Part shown: positions 49,320-60,929 of the stretch, one piece after another
Numbering within the stretch: position 1 is the stretch's first letter
Layout: every line of letters begins with the position of its first letter
Assembly (NCBI RefSeq): GCF_963921235.1
Contig: NC_086108.1
Span: forward strand, 7,440,001 to 7,504,000
Direction: 5' to 3'
DNA from: Mobula hypostoma
Taxonomy: Eukaryota
Length of the DNA stretch: 64,000 bases
Notes under the pieces: generated by a model
Databases searched by the model: none
What the model saw: only the letters and a program-made list of their open reading frames with translations
What the model was told of the DNA's origin: nothing
Translations under genes and position numbers: made by a program

Positions 49320-49980
49320 GGGCGTCTGCAGATGCTGGAAATCCAGAGCAACTTACACAAAATGCTGGAGGAACTCAGCAGGTCAGGCAGCATCTATGCA
49401 GAGGAATAAATGGTCAACATTTCGTTGAGAGACCCTTCACCAGGATTGGAAAGTAAGGGGGAAGAAGCCAGAATAAAAAAAGTTGGGGGAGGGACAGGAG
49501 GACCAGCTGGAAGGTAAACACAAGGGATTCTGCAGATGCTGGATAACCACAATGACACGCACAAAGCTGGAGGAACTCAGCATCTATGGAAATTAATAAA
49601 CGGTCGACGTTTCAGGCAAAGACCCTTCTTCAGGACTGGAAAGGAAGGGGGAAGATGCCAGAATAAAAAAGGTGGGGGGAGGGGAAGAAAGACAGCTGGA
49701 AGGAGATAGGTGGGTGGGAAAGGTCAAGGGCTGGAGAGGAAGGAATCTGATAGGAGAGGAGAGTGGATCGTGGAAAGGGAAGGAGGGGACCCAGGGGGAA
49801 GTAATTGGCAGGTAAGAAGAAGTAAAAGGTCAGCGGAGAATAGAGGAAGGAGGGGGGGAGGTGGAATTTGTTTACCAGAAGGAGAAATCGATATTCATAC
49901 CATCAAGTTGGAGGCTACCCAGACGTTGTTGGTGTTGTTCCTCCACCCTGAGGGTGGCCTAATCTTGCAACAAGAGGACC
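49320..49980 (-). mobile_element. Penelope-like element with tandem pLTR tails (two degenerate hammerheads)
   Basis: CTGCAGATGCTGGA...GACCCTTCxxCAGGAxTGGAAAG...GCCAGAATAAAAAA repeated at ~49326 and ~49530; the GIY-YIG tail follows. Confidence 0.75.
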
Positions 49981-50789
49981 TTTATTTGTCACATGTATAC
50001 AGAAGCCTACAGAGAAATGTATTGTTTGTGTCAACAACCAACCCAGTCCACAATGCTGCACTTCCGGTGCCAACATAACACGCCCACAGTACTCTGTGCC
50101 ATGTCGTATGACGTGGGCGATCATGGGCTTTCCGTGACCATGATTGTTCTTGGCACATTTTTCTACAGAAGTGGTTTGCCATTGCCACCTTCTGGGCAGT
50201 GTCTTTACAAGATGGGTGGCCCCAGGCATTATCAATATTCTTCAGAGATCAAAGAACCAATTGTTTGGAATCAAATAACTTGCCTGGTGTCTTGGGGCTG
50301 AGTGTGCCTACATCCATGCCACACTCTCCTCCCCCCCCCCCGGCACTCCTCTACCACCTGTCCCACACTCCTCAGTCTTCGCCAATCCCAACATCCATTG
50401 CTCCCGCCAGATTTTAAAACTCACGCTCCTCTCCACGTAGACAAATACAGTACTGTGCACAGGTCTTACACATCCTAGCTATATATATATCTTAGACTTT
50501 TGCAATATACTGCATTTTTTTTTACACAGAGAGGTGGTGGGTGCTTGGACCAGATATTTACTTTTTTAATATATATTTCTTATTGTAACTCATAGTGTAT
50601 TTTATGCATTGCAATGTACAGCTGATGCAAATCAACAAATTTTGTGACATATGTCAGTGATAATGAACTTGATTCTGATCTGATTTAGTTTTGATTTTTA
50701 GGGTAACATTAGAAATATGCTCTGGAGCACCACCTGTTGGCCAAAGTCCACAATTATATGGTTACTGTTGACATGGCAAAATTAAATAG

Positions 50790-51380
50790 TCATAGCCATA
50801 CTTTATTGATCCTGGGGGAAATTGCTTTTCATTACAGTTGCACCATAAATAATAAATACTGTAGTAATAAAACCTTAAATAGTTAAATAGTAATATGTAA
50901 ATTATGCCAGTAAATTATGAAATAAGTCCAGGACCAGCCTATTGGCTCAGGGTGCCTGACCCTCCAAGAGAGGAGTTGTAAAGTTTGATGGCCACAGGCA
51001 GGAATGACTTCCTATGACACTCTCTGCTGCATCTCGGTGGAATGAGTCTCTGGCTGAATGTACTCCTGTGCCCACCCAGTACATTATGTAGTGGATGGGA
51101 GACATTGTCCAAGATGGCATGCAACTTGGACAGCATCCTCTTTTCAGACACCACCGTCAGAGAGTCCAGTTCCATCCCCACAATATCACTGGCCTTACGG
51201 ATGAGTTTGTTGATTCTGTTGGTGTCTGCTACCCTCAGCCTGCTGCCCCAGCACACAACAGCAAACATGATCGCACTGGCCACCACAGACTTGTAGAACA
51301 TCCTCAGCATCGTCCGGCAGATGTTAAAGGACCTCAGTCTCCTCAGGAAATAGAGACGGCTCTGACCCTTCTTGTAGACA
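50790..51380 (-). mobile_element. Rex1-type LINE 3' end
   Basis: VYKKGQSRLYFLRRLRSFNIC...FAVVCWGS...RKSFLPVAIKLYN. Confidence 0.85.
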
Positions 51381-51394
51381 GTTGGAAGTTGATG

Positions 51395-52085
51395 ATCAGA
51401 ATCAGGTTTTAGTATCACTGGCATATATCGTGAAAATTGTTGTCTTCATTGCAGCAATACATTGCCATAATAGGAAAAGTTGTGAATTACCGTAAAAAGA
51501 TATATATAGTTAAATTAAACAAGTAGTGCAAAAGTAGTGAGGTAGTGTTCATAGGTTTGATGTCCATTCAGAAATCGGGTGGCAGAGGGGAAAAAGCTGT
51601 TCCTGAATCGTTGAGTGTGTGTCTTCAGGCTCCTGTACCTCCCCCCTGATGGTAGCAATGAGAAGAGGGCATGTCCTGGGTGATGGGAGTCCTTAATGAT
51701 GGATACTGCCTTTTTGAGGCATCGCTCCTCGAAGATGTCCCGGATACCACGGAGACTAATGTCCATGATGGAGCTGACTAAGTTTCCAACTTTCTGCAGC
51801 TTATTTCAATCCTGTGCAGTAGCCCCACCCCCACCGCCACCCCCATACCAGACAGTGATGCAGCCAGTTAGAATGCTCTCCACAGTACGTCTGTAGAAAT
51901 TTACAAGTGTCTTTTGTGACAAACCAAATCTCCTCCAAACTCCTAATGAAATGTAGCTGCTGTTGTGCCTTCTTTGTAGCTGCATCAATATGTTGATCCT
52001 CAGATACATTGACATCCAGATATTTGAAATTGCTCACCCTTTCCATTTCTGATCCCGCGATGAGGACTGGTGTGGGTTCACTCAT
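51395..52085 (-). mobile_element. Rex/Babar-type LINE 3' end
   Basis: NFYRRTVESILTGCITVWYG and HPGHALFSLLPSGGRYRSLKTHTQRFRNSFFPSA. Confidence 0.85.
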
Positions 52086-52292
52086 CTTATTAACAATACT
52101 GATTGTGAAATATGACATCAGAAGCAATGCTTAGGATTGGGAACATTTTGGACAATGTGCATAGTGCCTTAAAAAATGGAAATTAACGTGGCAGTCTTGA
52201 GTCCTGTCTGTCCTGTTGTGAGATTTGCTAGGGTTCTGTATGAGAGCTGAGTTTCCCTTGCTTAACTGTTCTCTTGTCTTTGATATTGGCAG

Positions 52293-52394
52293 GCTGCGGA
52301 GTGGGATCGGAGACACTGGCCAGTCTGGTACTGGACACTGCTCAACTTCTTCATGCACACCCTGGCCATCTTCCGCATGCCTCGATGGCGGTGA
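52293..52394 (+). CDS. BBC3: BH3-only protein (PUMA-like), last coding exon with hydrophobic C-terminal tail
   Basis: Polypyrimidine tract and CAG|GCT acceptor, phase 0; AAEWDRRHWPVWYWTLLNFFMHTLAIFRMPRWR* resembles human QRHRPSPWRVLYNLIMGLLPLPR. Too short to appear in the ORF track. Confidence 0.8.
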   Translation, partial: AAEWDRRHWPVWYWTLLNFFMHTLAIFRMPRWR

Positions 52395-53363
52395 ACTCCG
52401 AGAGCTGGCGGGGCAGGAATGGGAGGAAGGATATCGAGAACACCAGCCGGCCAACGCCTGAGGAATTTTTGAAGTTATTCTTCCACTAAACTTGATTCCG
52501 CTGGACGGATATGACAAGAGGAAGGGAGAACGGAAGGAACTTACCGATTCAGAATCAAGAAGTAGAATAATGTTGTTGGAGTGACCACCATCTAAACAGG
52601 AATTTTCGTATTCTGAGGGGTGGGGTGGGCTGAGCCAGTCTGTAGCAACCTTTCCTCCCATCCCACCTTGATGTGAAATAACCTTGAACGCCAGGTTGTG
52701 TTTGCTAAGGAAAGCGAAGCATCCTGGGACTTTATCCAACTCAGGGTCCAATTTCATCACTGCCCTTAAATTCAGGAGACTTCACGCGGCGCTGTGGATC
52801 TGTGGGTGGGGAGGATGGAGGGAACGGAGAAGATTATTGGCCTTCGGATGCATTGTTCTCTGTGGGAAGCTTTGGGTCTTAAACCACAAGCAGCTTCCTT
52901 TCACAGGTGGTGCGGGGAGAGAAGGAAATCAGTAGCCTGAGTCTTTCACTTCCAATTTGGTACTATTCACTGCCTAGAACTTCCTTTCCCCAAAGGAAAA
53001 TGAGACGGGGACTTTCATAGTTACAATCTCTCCTTGTGGGAGGCAGTGACTTGGGCAAGTCATCTGACGTTTGGCAGCATTCTCAGGAACTGATTCCCGT
53101 TGTCCGAGCAGGAAAAGCTTCCTTGGAGAAACATATCCCGTTGCAGTAAAGACTTTGGCTCCCTTCCCCTCTCTCCCCTCATCCCCTCAACCCACAAAAA
53201 AGAATACATACATTTCCAAACATTTTGTCTCGAGGTTAGGGAAAAACTGAGAACTGGAAGCGTTGAATTGACCACTGCTTTGTACCAGGGGGTGCCTAAT
53301 CATTGTTTAACAGGGGTGGATAACCACGGTTGCTCCATCCCTCGGAGTGACGCACTGAGGTCG

Positions 53364-53397
<34 letters not shown>

Positions 53398-53534
53398 AGC
53401 AACCAGTGGGGACCAGTCCAAGGTACGTGGGCTCATTAACTTCTTGTCCCACCACTTGCTGTGTAAAACTGACCCCATGATATTTAAACCTATTTAAGAC
53501 AAATGCCATAAAAATACAACAAATGTTTTGATAA

Positions 53535-53577
53535 ATGTAGCAATGATGAATCAGGCCAGTATAACCCACCTCAGGGA
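53535..53577 (+). promoter_or_regulatory. miR-221/222 8mer (ATGTAGCA, 53535-53542) and miR-125 8mer (CTCAGGGA, 53570-53577)
   Basis: Exact 8mer seed matches 27 nt apart; both miRNA families are reported PUMA repressors in mammals. Confidence 0.6.
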
Positions 53578-54417
53578 ACAAACCTAGAGAAACACTTCCA
53601 CCCTGTTCCGTATCTGTGTAGGTATATATTTTTTTGGTCTCATCCAAAGGGACGTCAAGTGTTTTGTGTTTTATTTCCTATCAAACAGGCTGGTATTTAT
53701 TTTTCCGTGTAATTGTTCGATCGGAGTCCTCGTTTAATCTTTTCCGCTCCTCGGAAGAACTGTACCTTCAAGTGAAATTTACAGGCAAAGAAATGCAAAA
53801 AAGTATGTCTAGTCCTGGCCTGTTGCTGAGGCAGGCATGTCCATGATCTGCCCCCTTCACCCAGCCCTTCTGTGGGATTTGCTTAATCTGACTCCATCCC
53901 CTCAGTTGGTGGAGGGTGACCACTGCAGGTGATAATCACTCCCCCCTCCCACCCAGCTCCCCACTGATGTGACTGCGCACAGGCAGACCACAGCTTAAAG
54001 ATGGGCTCTTCCTGACCTCTCCAACTCGAACACTAGCGGGTGCAGCTAATGACTGAGCCACTTAGGGGAGACAAACACTTGCGACGATGGAATACAGAAT
54101 TGTCGGGCGTCCGGGCAGGACGGGAGATGGATAATCGGTTGGCTGTTTGGTATTCAACGAGTTGGAAATCACTCCTTCTGCCCTGTCACCTGAGACGTAT
54201 TCCACCATTCTGTGACATACTGAGCAACCCCCCTATCCCAGGTAACTCCTGGCTCCTAGAAGTTATTGACACCTTCCTCCCCAGTGAGGGGTAAAGAGCA
54301 GGGTCCTGGGGTTTTGTATAGATATGTGTATACCTAATTTACTTCGTTCCTAGTAATACTCTTTAGATTCCTTTTTTTATTGTTTTTGGAAGACTCATTT
54401 TTGTAAAATCATTTTCC

Positions 54418-54423
54418 AATAAA
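54418..54423 (+). terminator. Polyadenylation signal AATAAA
   Basis: Preceded by U-rich sequence and followed by the GU-rich TTGTGTGTTCTTT about 20 nt downstream. Confidence 0.6.
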
Positions 54424-54679
54424 AATTGAAACAGAGAGGTTAGCCTTGTGTGTTCTTTGGAACGGGGGGGGCACGGTGGAGGGGTGATGGAGAGTGGATG
54501 AGCTGGTGCTTGAGCTGATAACACCTGGATAACAAAGATTTTGCTTCCTGAATACTTTTGGGTGTATCCTATGGATTTTGGGCTGCTGATCTGAGAATCA
54601 CCATGAAATATCCCTTTCACGCATTTTTAAAAATCACCTGTATTTGTTATTGCAATTCATAATTCAGGCCAGAATATGG

Positions 54680-54960
54680 CTTGAGAGGGCATAGTTTTAA
54701 GGTGCTTGGAAGCAGGTACAGAGGAAATGTCAGGGTAAGATATTTACGCAGAGAGTGGTGAGTGCGTGGAATGGGCTGCCGGTGACGGTGGTGGAGGCGG
54801 ATACAATAGGATCTTTTAAGAGACTCCCAGACAGGTACATGGAGCTTAAAAAATAAAGGGCTGTGGGTAACCCTAGGTAATTTCTAAAGTAAGTCCACGT
54901 TCGGCACAGCATCGCGGGCCGAGGGGCCTGTACTGTGCTGTAGGTTTTCTATGTTTCTAG
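54680..54960 (+). mobile_element. CR1 3' end
   Basis: RGHSFKVLG...TQRVVSAWNGLP and TTCTATGTTTCTA tail. Confidence 0.8.
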
Positions 54961-55105
54961 TTTATGCCAAGATTAAAGAAGGCATTTTTGTAGTCCACAA
55001 ATCAAACAGGCCATCAATGACAGGCAATTCAAAGAACTTCTAGCAACACACATAACAATTGCTGGTGAACACAGCAGGCCAGGCAGCATCTGTAGGAAGA
55101 GGTGC

Positions 55106-55141
55106 AGTCGACGTTTCAGGCCAAGACCTTTCGTCAGGACT
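55106..55141 (-). ncRNA. Minimal type I hammerhead ribozyme motif
   Basis: Reverse strand AGTC-CTGACGA-A-AGGT-CTTG-GCCT-GAAA-CG-TC-GACT. Confidence 0.75.
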
Positions 55142-55444
55142 AACTGAAGGAAGAGTGAGTAAGAGATTTGAAAGTGGGAGGGGGAGGGGAGATCCAAAAT
55201 GACAGGAGAAGACAGGAGGGGAGGGATGGAGCCAAGAGCTGGACAGGTGATTGGCAAAAGGGGATACGAGAGGATCATGGGACAGGAGGTCTAGGGAGAA
55301 AGAAAAGGGGGAGGGGGGAAGCCCAGAGGATGGACAAGGAGTTATTGTGAGAGGGACAGAGGGAGAAAAAGGAGAGAGAGAAAAAAATTAATAATGTTAA
55401 TAAATAAATAAGTAACAGATGGGGTACGAAGAGGAGGTGCGGCA

Positions 55445-55894
55445 TTAATGGAAATTAGAGAAGTCAATGTTCATGCCATCAGGTTGGAGGCTACCCAGAC
55501 GGAATATAAAGTGTTGTTCCTCCAACCTGAGTGTGGCTTCATCTTTACAGTAGAGGAGGCCGTGGATAGACATATCAGAATGGGAATGGGATGTGGAATT
55601 AAAATGTGTGGCCACTGGGAGATCCTGCTTTCTCTGGCGGACAGAGCGTAGGTGTTCAGCGAAACGGTCTCCCAGCCTGTGTCGGGTCTTGGCAATATAT
55701 AGAAGGCCGCATCGGGAGCACCGGACGCAGTATATCACCCCAGCCGACTCACAGGTGAAGTGTCGCCTCACCTGGAAGGACCGTCTGCGGCCCTGAATGG
55801 TGGTGAGGGAGGAAGTGTAAGGGCAACTGTAGCACTTGTTCCGCTTACACGGATAAGTGCCGGGAGGGAGATCAGTGGAAGGGATGGGGGGCAC
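55445..55894 (-). pseudogene. GIY-YIG endonuclease domain of the Penelope-like element (RT domain missing)
   Basis: Cys-rich linker CKRNKCYSC, VIY-CVRCSRC-GLLYIA(G)KT, RFAEH, PVATHF, and terminal LEEQHFI..L.SLQPDGMN. Confidence 0.85.
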
Positions 55895-57079
55895 AAATGG
55901 ACAAGGGAGTTGCGTAGGGAGCGATCTCTGTGGAAAGCAGAGGTGGGGGGAGGGAAAGATGTGCTTAGTGGTGGGATCCTGTTGGAGGTGGCGGAAGTTA
56001 TGGAGAATTATACGTTGGACCCAGAGGCTGGTGGGATGGTAGGTGAACTTCTAGTGGGACCGGAGAAAATTGCATGGAAGGCATTCGGGGATGTTGCTGA
56101 AAATTTTCTTGGCAACTACAGAGCACCAAACTACGTGCAGCTGGTTGATAACATGCTTCAAGCATACAAAACACTAAAGATTTATTTTCTGCATTCCCAT
56201 TTAGACTTCTTCCCTGCAAATCTTGGCGCTGTCAATGACGAGCAGGTGAAAAGTTTCACCAGGACATTGCAGTCATGAAGAAACAGTATCAGGGCACAGT
56301 AACTGGAATCCATCAATTCTGGCTAATTATTGTTGGACACCAAACCAGAAGCCTCAAACACTGTATACAAACGAAAAGCATCAACAAAACTTTTACAGCT
56401 TAGCTGAACTATTGCAAAGCACGGTAGCATAGTGGTTAGCTCAACTCTTTACGGTACCAGCAACCCAAGTTCAATTCCCACCGCAGTCTGTAAGGAGTTT
56501 TGCGTTCTCCCTGCGACTGCATGGATCTCCTCCGGGTCCTCCAGTTTCCTTCCACAGTCCAAAGTGGGTGGGTGGGTTAATTGGTCAGTGTAGATTGTCC
56601 CTTGATTAGACTTGGATTAAATTGGGGGTGGGGGGTGGCTCGAAGGGCCAGAAAGGCCTGTTCCACGCTGTATCTAAAAAAGTATCAGCACCATTATGCA
56701 ATTAAACACATTATGTTCAATAAAAGTTAATTTCTTGTATCTCCAAATAGTCTGAAATTATTTTTGTGTTCAGTTTCAAGTGGTCTATCATCAACCAAAA
56801 AAAATTCTGAGGAAGCAATACTTCCGAAAAAAATTGTTGTCTATCGTAATGTGAGCACGGAGGCACCCAGCCACAAGAAAGACTTGCATTCCTAAAGCGC
56901 CTGTGAAGGATATTCCGGTATGGTTCACGCCCAATGAAGGACTTTTGGTATCTGCTGTGATGTTGGAGTTCGCACTGCACAGAATCAGATCAGGTTTATT
57001 ATGTGGTGAATTTTTTTGCTTTATGGCAGCAGTACTGTGCAATACAAAAAAAAAATGACAATAAATTACAATAATGAAC

Positions 57080-57800
57080 TGTCGGGCACAGAGGAATGTG
57101 ATAGAACAAAGGGATCCAGGTCCATAATCCATTGAAAGTGGCATCACAGATTGCTTTTTATAATTCAAAGTATTTGCGTACAGGAAATGGGATGTCATGT
57201 TGAAGTTGTATAAGACATTGGTGAGGCCTAATTTGGAGTATTGTGTGCAGTTCTGGTCACCTACCAACAGGAAAATGTAAAAAAGTTTGATAAGAGTGCA
57301 GAGAAAATTTACAAGGATGTTGCCAAGTCTGCAGGACCTCAGTTACAAGGGAAGATTGAATAGGTTAGGTCTTTATTCCTTGGAATGTAGAAGATTGAGA
57401 GGAGATTTGACAGAGACATTTGATATGTATACAAAATTATGAGGGGTATAGATAGGGTAAATATAAGCAGGCTTTATCTACTGAGGCTGGGTGGGACTAC
57501 AAGCAGAGGTCGTGGCTAAGGGTGAAAGGTGAAAGTTTTAAGGGGAGCACGAGGGGAAACTTCTTCGGTGGGTCGAGAGAACGTGGATCAAGCTTCCAGA
57601 GAACGTGGCGGATGAGAGCTCGATTTCAACGTTTAAGAGCAGTTTTCGTAGGGACATGGATGGGGGTGGGGGGGGCAGTATGGAGGGTTATGGTCCGAGT
57701 GCAGGTTGATGAGAGTAGGCAGATTAAATGGCTCAGCTTGGGCTAGACTGGCCAAAGTGCTCGTTTCTCTGCCGTACTTTTCTATGACCCTGTGACTCAA
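57080..57800 (+). mobile_element. CR1 3' fragment
   Basis: MLKLYKTLVRPNLEYCVQFWSP and typical 3' UTR. Confidence 0.85.
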
Positions 57801-58067
57801 AATAAAATACAAATTAAATCAGTAGCTCTAAAAGAGACTGAAATAATGAAGTAGTGTTCATGGGTTCATGGATTACAATATTCGGAAATCTGACTGGAGG
57901 GGAGGAAGCTATTCCTAAAATGCTAAGCGTGTATCTTAAAGCTCCAGTACCTCCTCTGTGATGGTAGTAATGAGGAGAGGGCACGTCCTGGGAGATGGGA
58001 GTCCTCAAAGATGGAGGCTGCATTCTTGAGGCATTGCCTTTTGAAGGTGTCCTCGACGGTGGGCAAG

Positions 58068-60454
58068 CTAGACGGAGCAGAGTTTGTTAAGTGTGTCCAG
58101 GACAGATTCCTGTCACAGTATGTGGACAGGCCGACCAGGGGGAATACCAGACTAGATCTAGTACTAGGTAATGAACCGGGTCAGGTCACAGATCTCTCAG
58201 TGGGTGAGCATCTGGGGGACAGTGACCACTGCTCCCTGGCCTTCAGCATTATCATGGAAAAGGATAGAATCAGAGAGGACAGGAAAATTTTTAATTGGGG
58301 AAAGGCAAATTATGAGGCTATAAGGCTAGAACTTGCGGGTGTGAATTGGGATGATGTTTTTGCAGGGAAATGTACTATGGACATGTGGTCAATGTTTAGG
58401 GATCTCTTGCAGGATGTTAGGGATAAATTTGTCCCGGTGAGGAAGATAAAGAATGGTAGGGTGAAGGAACCATGGGTGACAAGTGAGGTGAAAAATCTAG
58501 TCGGGTGGAAGAAGGCAGCATACATGAGGTTTAGGAAGCAAGGATCAGATGGGTCAATTGAGGAATATAGGGAAGCAAGAAAGGAGCTTAAGGGGCTGAG
58601 GAGAGCAAGAAGGGGGCATGAGAAGGCCTTGGGGAGTAGGGTAAAGGAAAACCCCAAAGCATTCTTCAATTATGTGAAGAACAAAAGGATGACAGGAGTG
58701 AAGGTAGGACCGATTAGAGATAAAGGTGGGAAAATGTGCCTGGAGGCTGTGGAAGCGAGCGAGGTCTGGGGAACTTCTCTTCGGTATTCACTAATGAGAG
58801 GGAACTTGATGATGGTGAGGACAATATGAATGAGGTTGATGTTCTGGAGCATTTTGATATTAAGGGAGAGGAGGTGTTGAAGTTGTTAAAATATATTGGG
58901 ACGGATAAGTCCCCGGGACCTGACAGAATATTCCCCAGGCTGCTCCATGAGGCGAGGGAAGAGATTGCTGAGCCTCTGGCTAGGATCTTTATGTCCTCAT
59001 TGTCCACGGGAATGGTACCGGAGGATTGGAGAGAGGCAAATGTTGTCCCCTTGTTCAAAAAAGGTAGTAGGGATAGTCCGGGTAATTATAGGCCAGTGAG
59101 CCTTATGTCTCTGGTGGGAAAGCTGTTGGAAAAGATTCTTAGAGATAGGATCTATGGGCATTTAGAGAATCATGGTCTGATCAGGGACAGTCAGCATGGC
59201 TTTATGAAGGGCAGATCGTGTCTAACAAGCCTGATAGAGTTCTTTGAGGAGGTGACCAGGCATATAGATGAGGGTAGTGCAGTGGATGTGATCTATATGG
59301 ATTTTGGTAAGGCATTTGACAAGGTTCCACACGGTAAGCTTATTCAGAAAGTCAGAAGGCATGGGATCCAGGGAAGTTTGGCCAGGAGGATTCAGAATTG
59401 GCTTGCCTGCAGAAGGCAGAGGATGTTGGTGGAGGGAGTACATTCAGATTGGAGGATTGTGACTAGTGGTGTCCCACAAGGATCTGTTCTGGGACCTCTA
59501 CTTTTCGTGATTTTTATTAACAACCTGGATGTTGGGGTAGAAGGGTGGGTTGGCAAGTTTGCAGACAACACAAAGGTTGGTGGTGGTGTAGATAGTGTAG
59601 AGGATTGTCGAAGATTGCAGACAGACAGTGATAGGATGCAGAAGTGGGCTGAGAAGTGGCAGATGGAGTTCAACCTGGAGAGTGTGGGGTGGTACACTTT
59701 GGAAGGACAAACTCCAAGGCAGAGTACAAAGTAAATGGCAGGATACTTGGTAGTCTGGAGGAGCAGAGGGATCTGGGAGTACATGTCCATAGATCCCTGA
59801 AAGTTGCCTCCCAGGTAGATACGGTAGTTAAGAAAGCTTATGGGGTGTTAGCTTTCATAAGTGGAGAGACAGAGTTTAAGAGTCGCGATGTAATGATGCA
59901 GCTCTATAAAACTCTGGTTAGGCCACACTTGGAGTACTGTGTCCAGTTCTGGTCACCTCACTATAGGAAGGATGTGGAAGCATTGGAAAGGGTACAGAGG
60001 AGATTCACCAGGATGCTGCCTGGTTTAGAGAGTATGCATATTGATCAGAGATTAAGGGAGCTAGGGCTTTACTCTTTGGAGAGAAGGAGGATGAGAGGAG
60101 ACATGATAGAAGTGTACAAGATAATAAGAGGAATAGATAGAGTGGATAGCCAGCGCCTCTTCCCCAGGGCACCACTGCTCAATACAAGAGACCATGGCTT
60201 TAAGGTAAGGGGTGGGAAGTTCAAGGGGGATATTAGAGGAAGGTTTTTTACTCAGAGAGTGGTTGGTGCGTGGAATGCACTGCCTGAGTCAGTGGTGGAG
60301 GCAGATACACTAGTGAAGTTTAAGAGACTACTAGACAGGTATATGGAGGAATTTAAGGTGGGGGGTTATGTGGGAGGCAGGGTTTGAGGGTCGGCACAAC
60401 ACTGTGGGCCGAAGGGCCTGTACTGTGCTGTACTATTCTATGTTCTATGTTCTA
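58068..60454 (+). mobile_element. 5'-truncated CR1 LINE, ORF2 broken into three frames
   Basis: PTRGNTRLDLVL...SDH (APE tail), [43 protein letters not shown] (catalytic D to N), LEYCVQFWSP, (TTCTATG)n tail; inserted in a minus-strand Rex/Babar fragment (57800-58067, 60455-60620). Confidence 0.95.
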
Positions 60455-60929
60455 GTGTCCACAGCAGAGCTGTCGGAGTCTCCAGCTCTCTGCAGCTTTT
60501 TCCGATCCTGTTTATTGGAGCCACCATGCCAGATGGCGGTGCAGCCATTTAGAACATGCTCCAAGGTACATTGGTAGAAACTTGGTGACAGATCAATTCG
60601 CCTCAGAGCAAAATGCCCCGGAAGGGTAACAGTTTGGTAACTATCACAAGCAGGCAGCTTTGGTGGGGGATGACGTTGCAGGTTGGGACTGTTCATTTGT
60701 ACCTGATAGATCTAGGGTTGAGATAGGCAATATAATGAGCTGAGGGGCAGAGCCGGCAGGTGATACCTGGTTCCAGGTGGGAGAGGGAGACAGGAACAGT
60801 AATGGAGGATGGAGGGGGGGTAAGAGGTGCAGGTGATGGATGGTAGAATCTACTAAGAGAGGAAGGTAGAGGATGAACAAAAGGGAGGGAGAGCAGCTGG
60901 GAACAGTTGGGAGAAGGGTGTCACTGAGA

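Larger units (their letters stand above)
52395..54445 (+). other. BBC3: Probable 3' UTR of the BBC3-like gene
   Basis: ~2 kb without recognisable transposon sequence between the stop codon and AATAAA; contains (CA)n at 53369-53397. Confidence 0.6.
55044..56044 (-). mobile_element. 5'-truncated Penelope-like element (Neptune-type) with 10-bp TSD
   Basis: GAACTTCTAG at 55034-55043 and 56045-56054; contains the GIY-YIG ORF remnant and pLTR. Confidence 0.9.
54962..56850 (+). mobile_element. Chapaev3 (CMC)-like transposase C-terminal remnant, split by a Penelope element and a SINE
   Basis: AKIKEGIFV...QFKELL|VGPEKIAWKAFGDVAENFLGNY...FLHSHLDFFPANLGAVNDEQ rejoins across 55044-56044; V-SINE at ~56418-56680. 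Confidence 0.6.

Noticed and set aside
52131..52760. 209-aa antisense ORF over the last exon
   Set aside because: No recognisable motif or exon structure; explained as the shadow of a GC-rich sense exon and UTR.
54504..54510. miR-29 seed match TGGTGCT
   Set aside because: Lies downstream of the predicted polyadenylation signal, so it is probably outside the mRNA.
58011..60387. Functional reverse transcriptase gene
   Set aside because: 5'-truncated, two frameshifts, and FADD changed to FADN; a dead CR1 copy.
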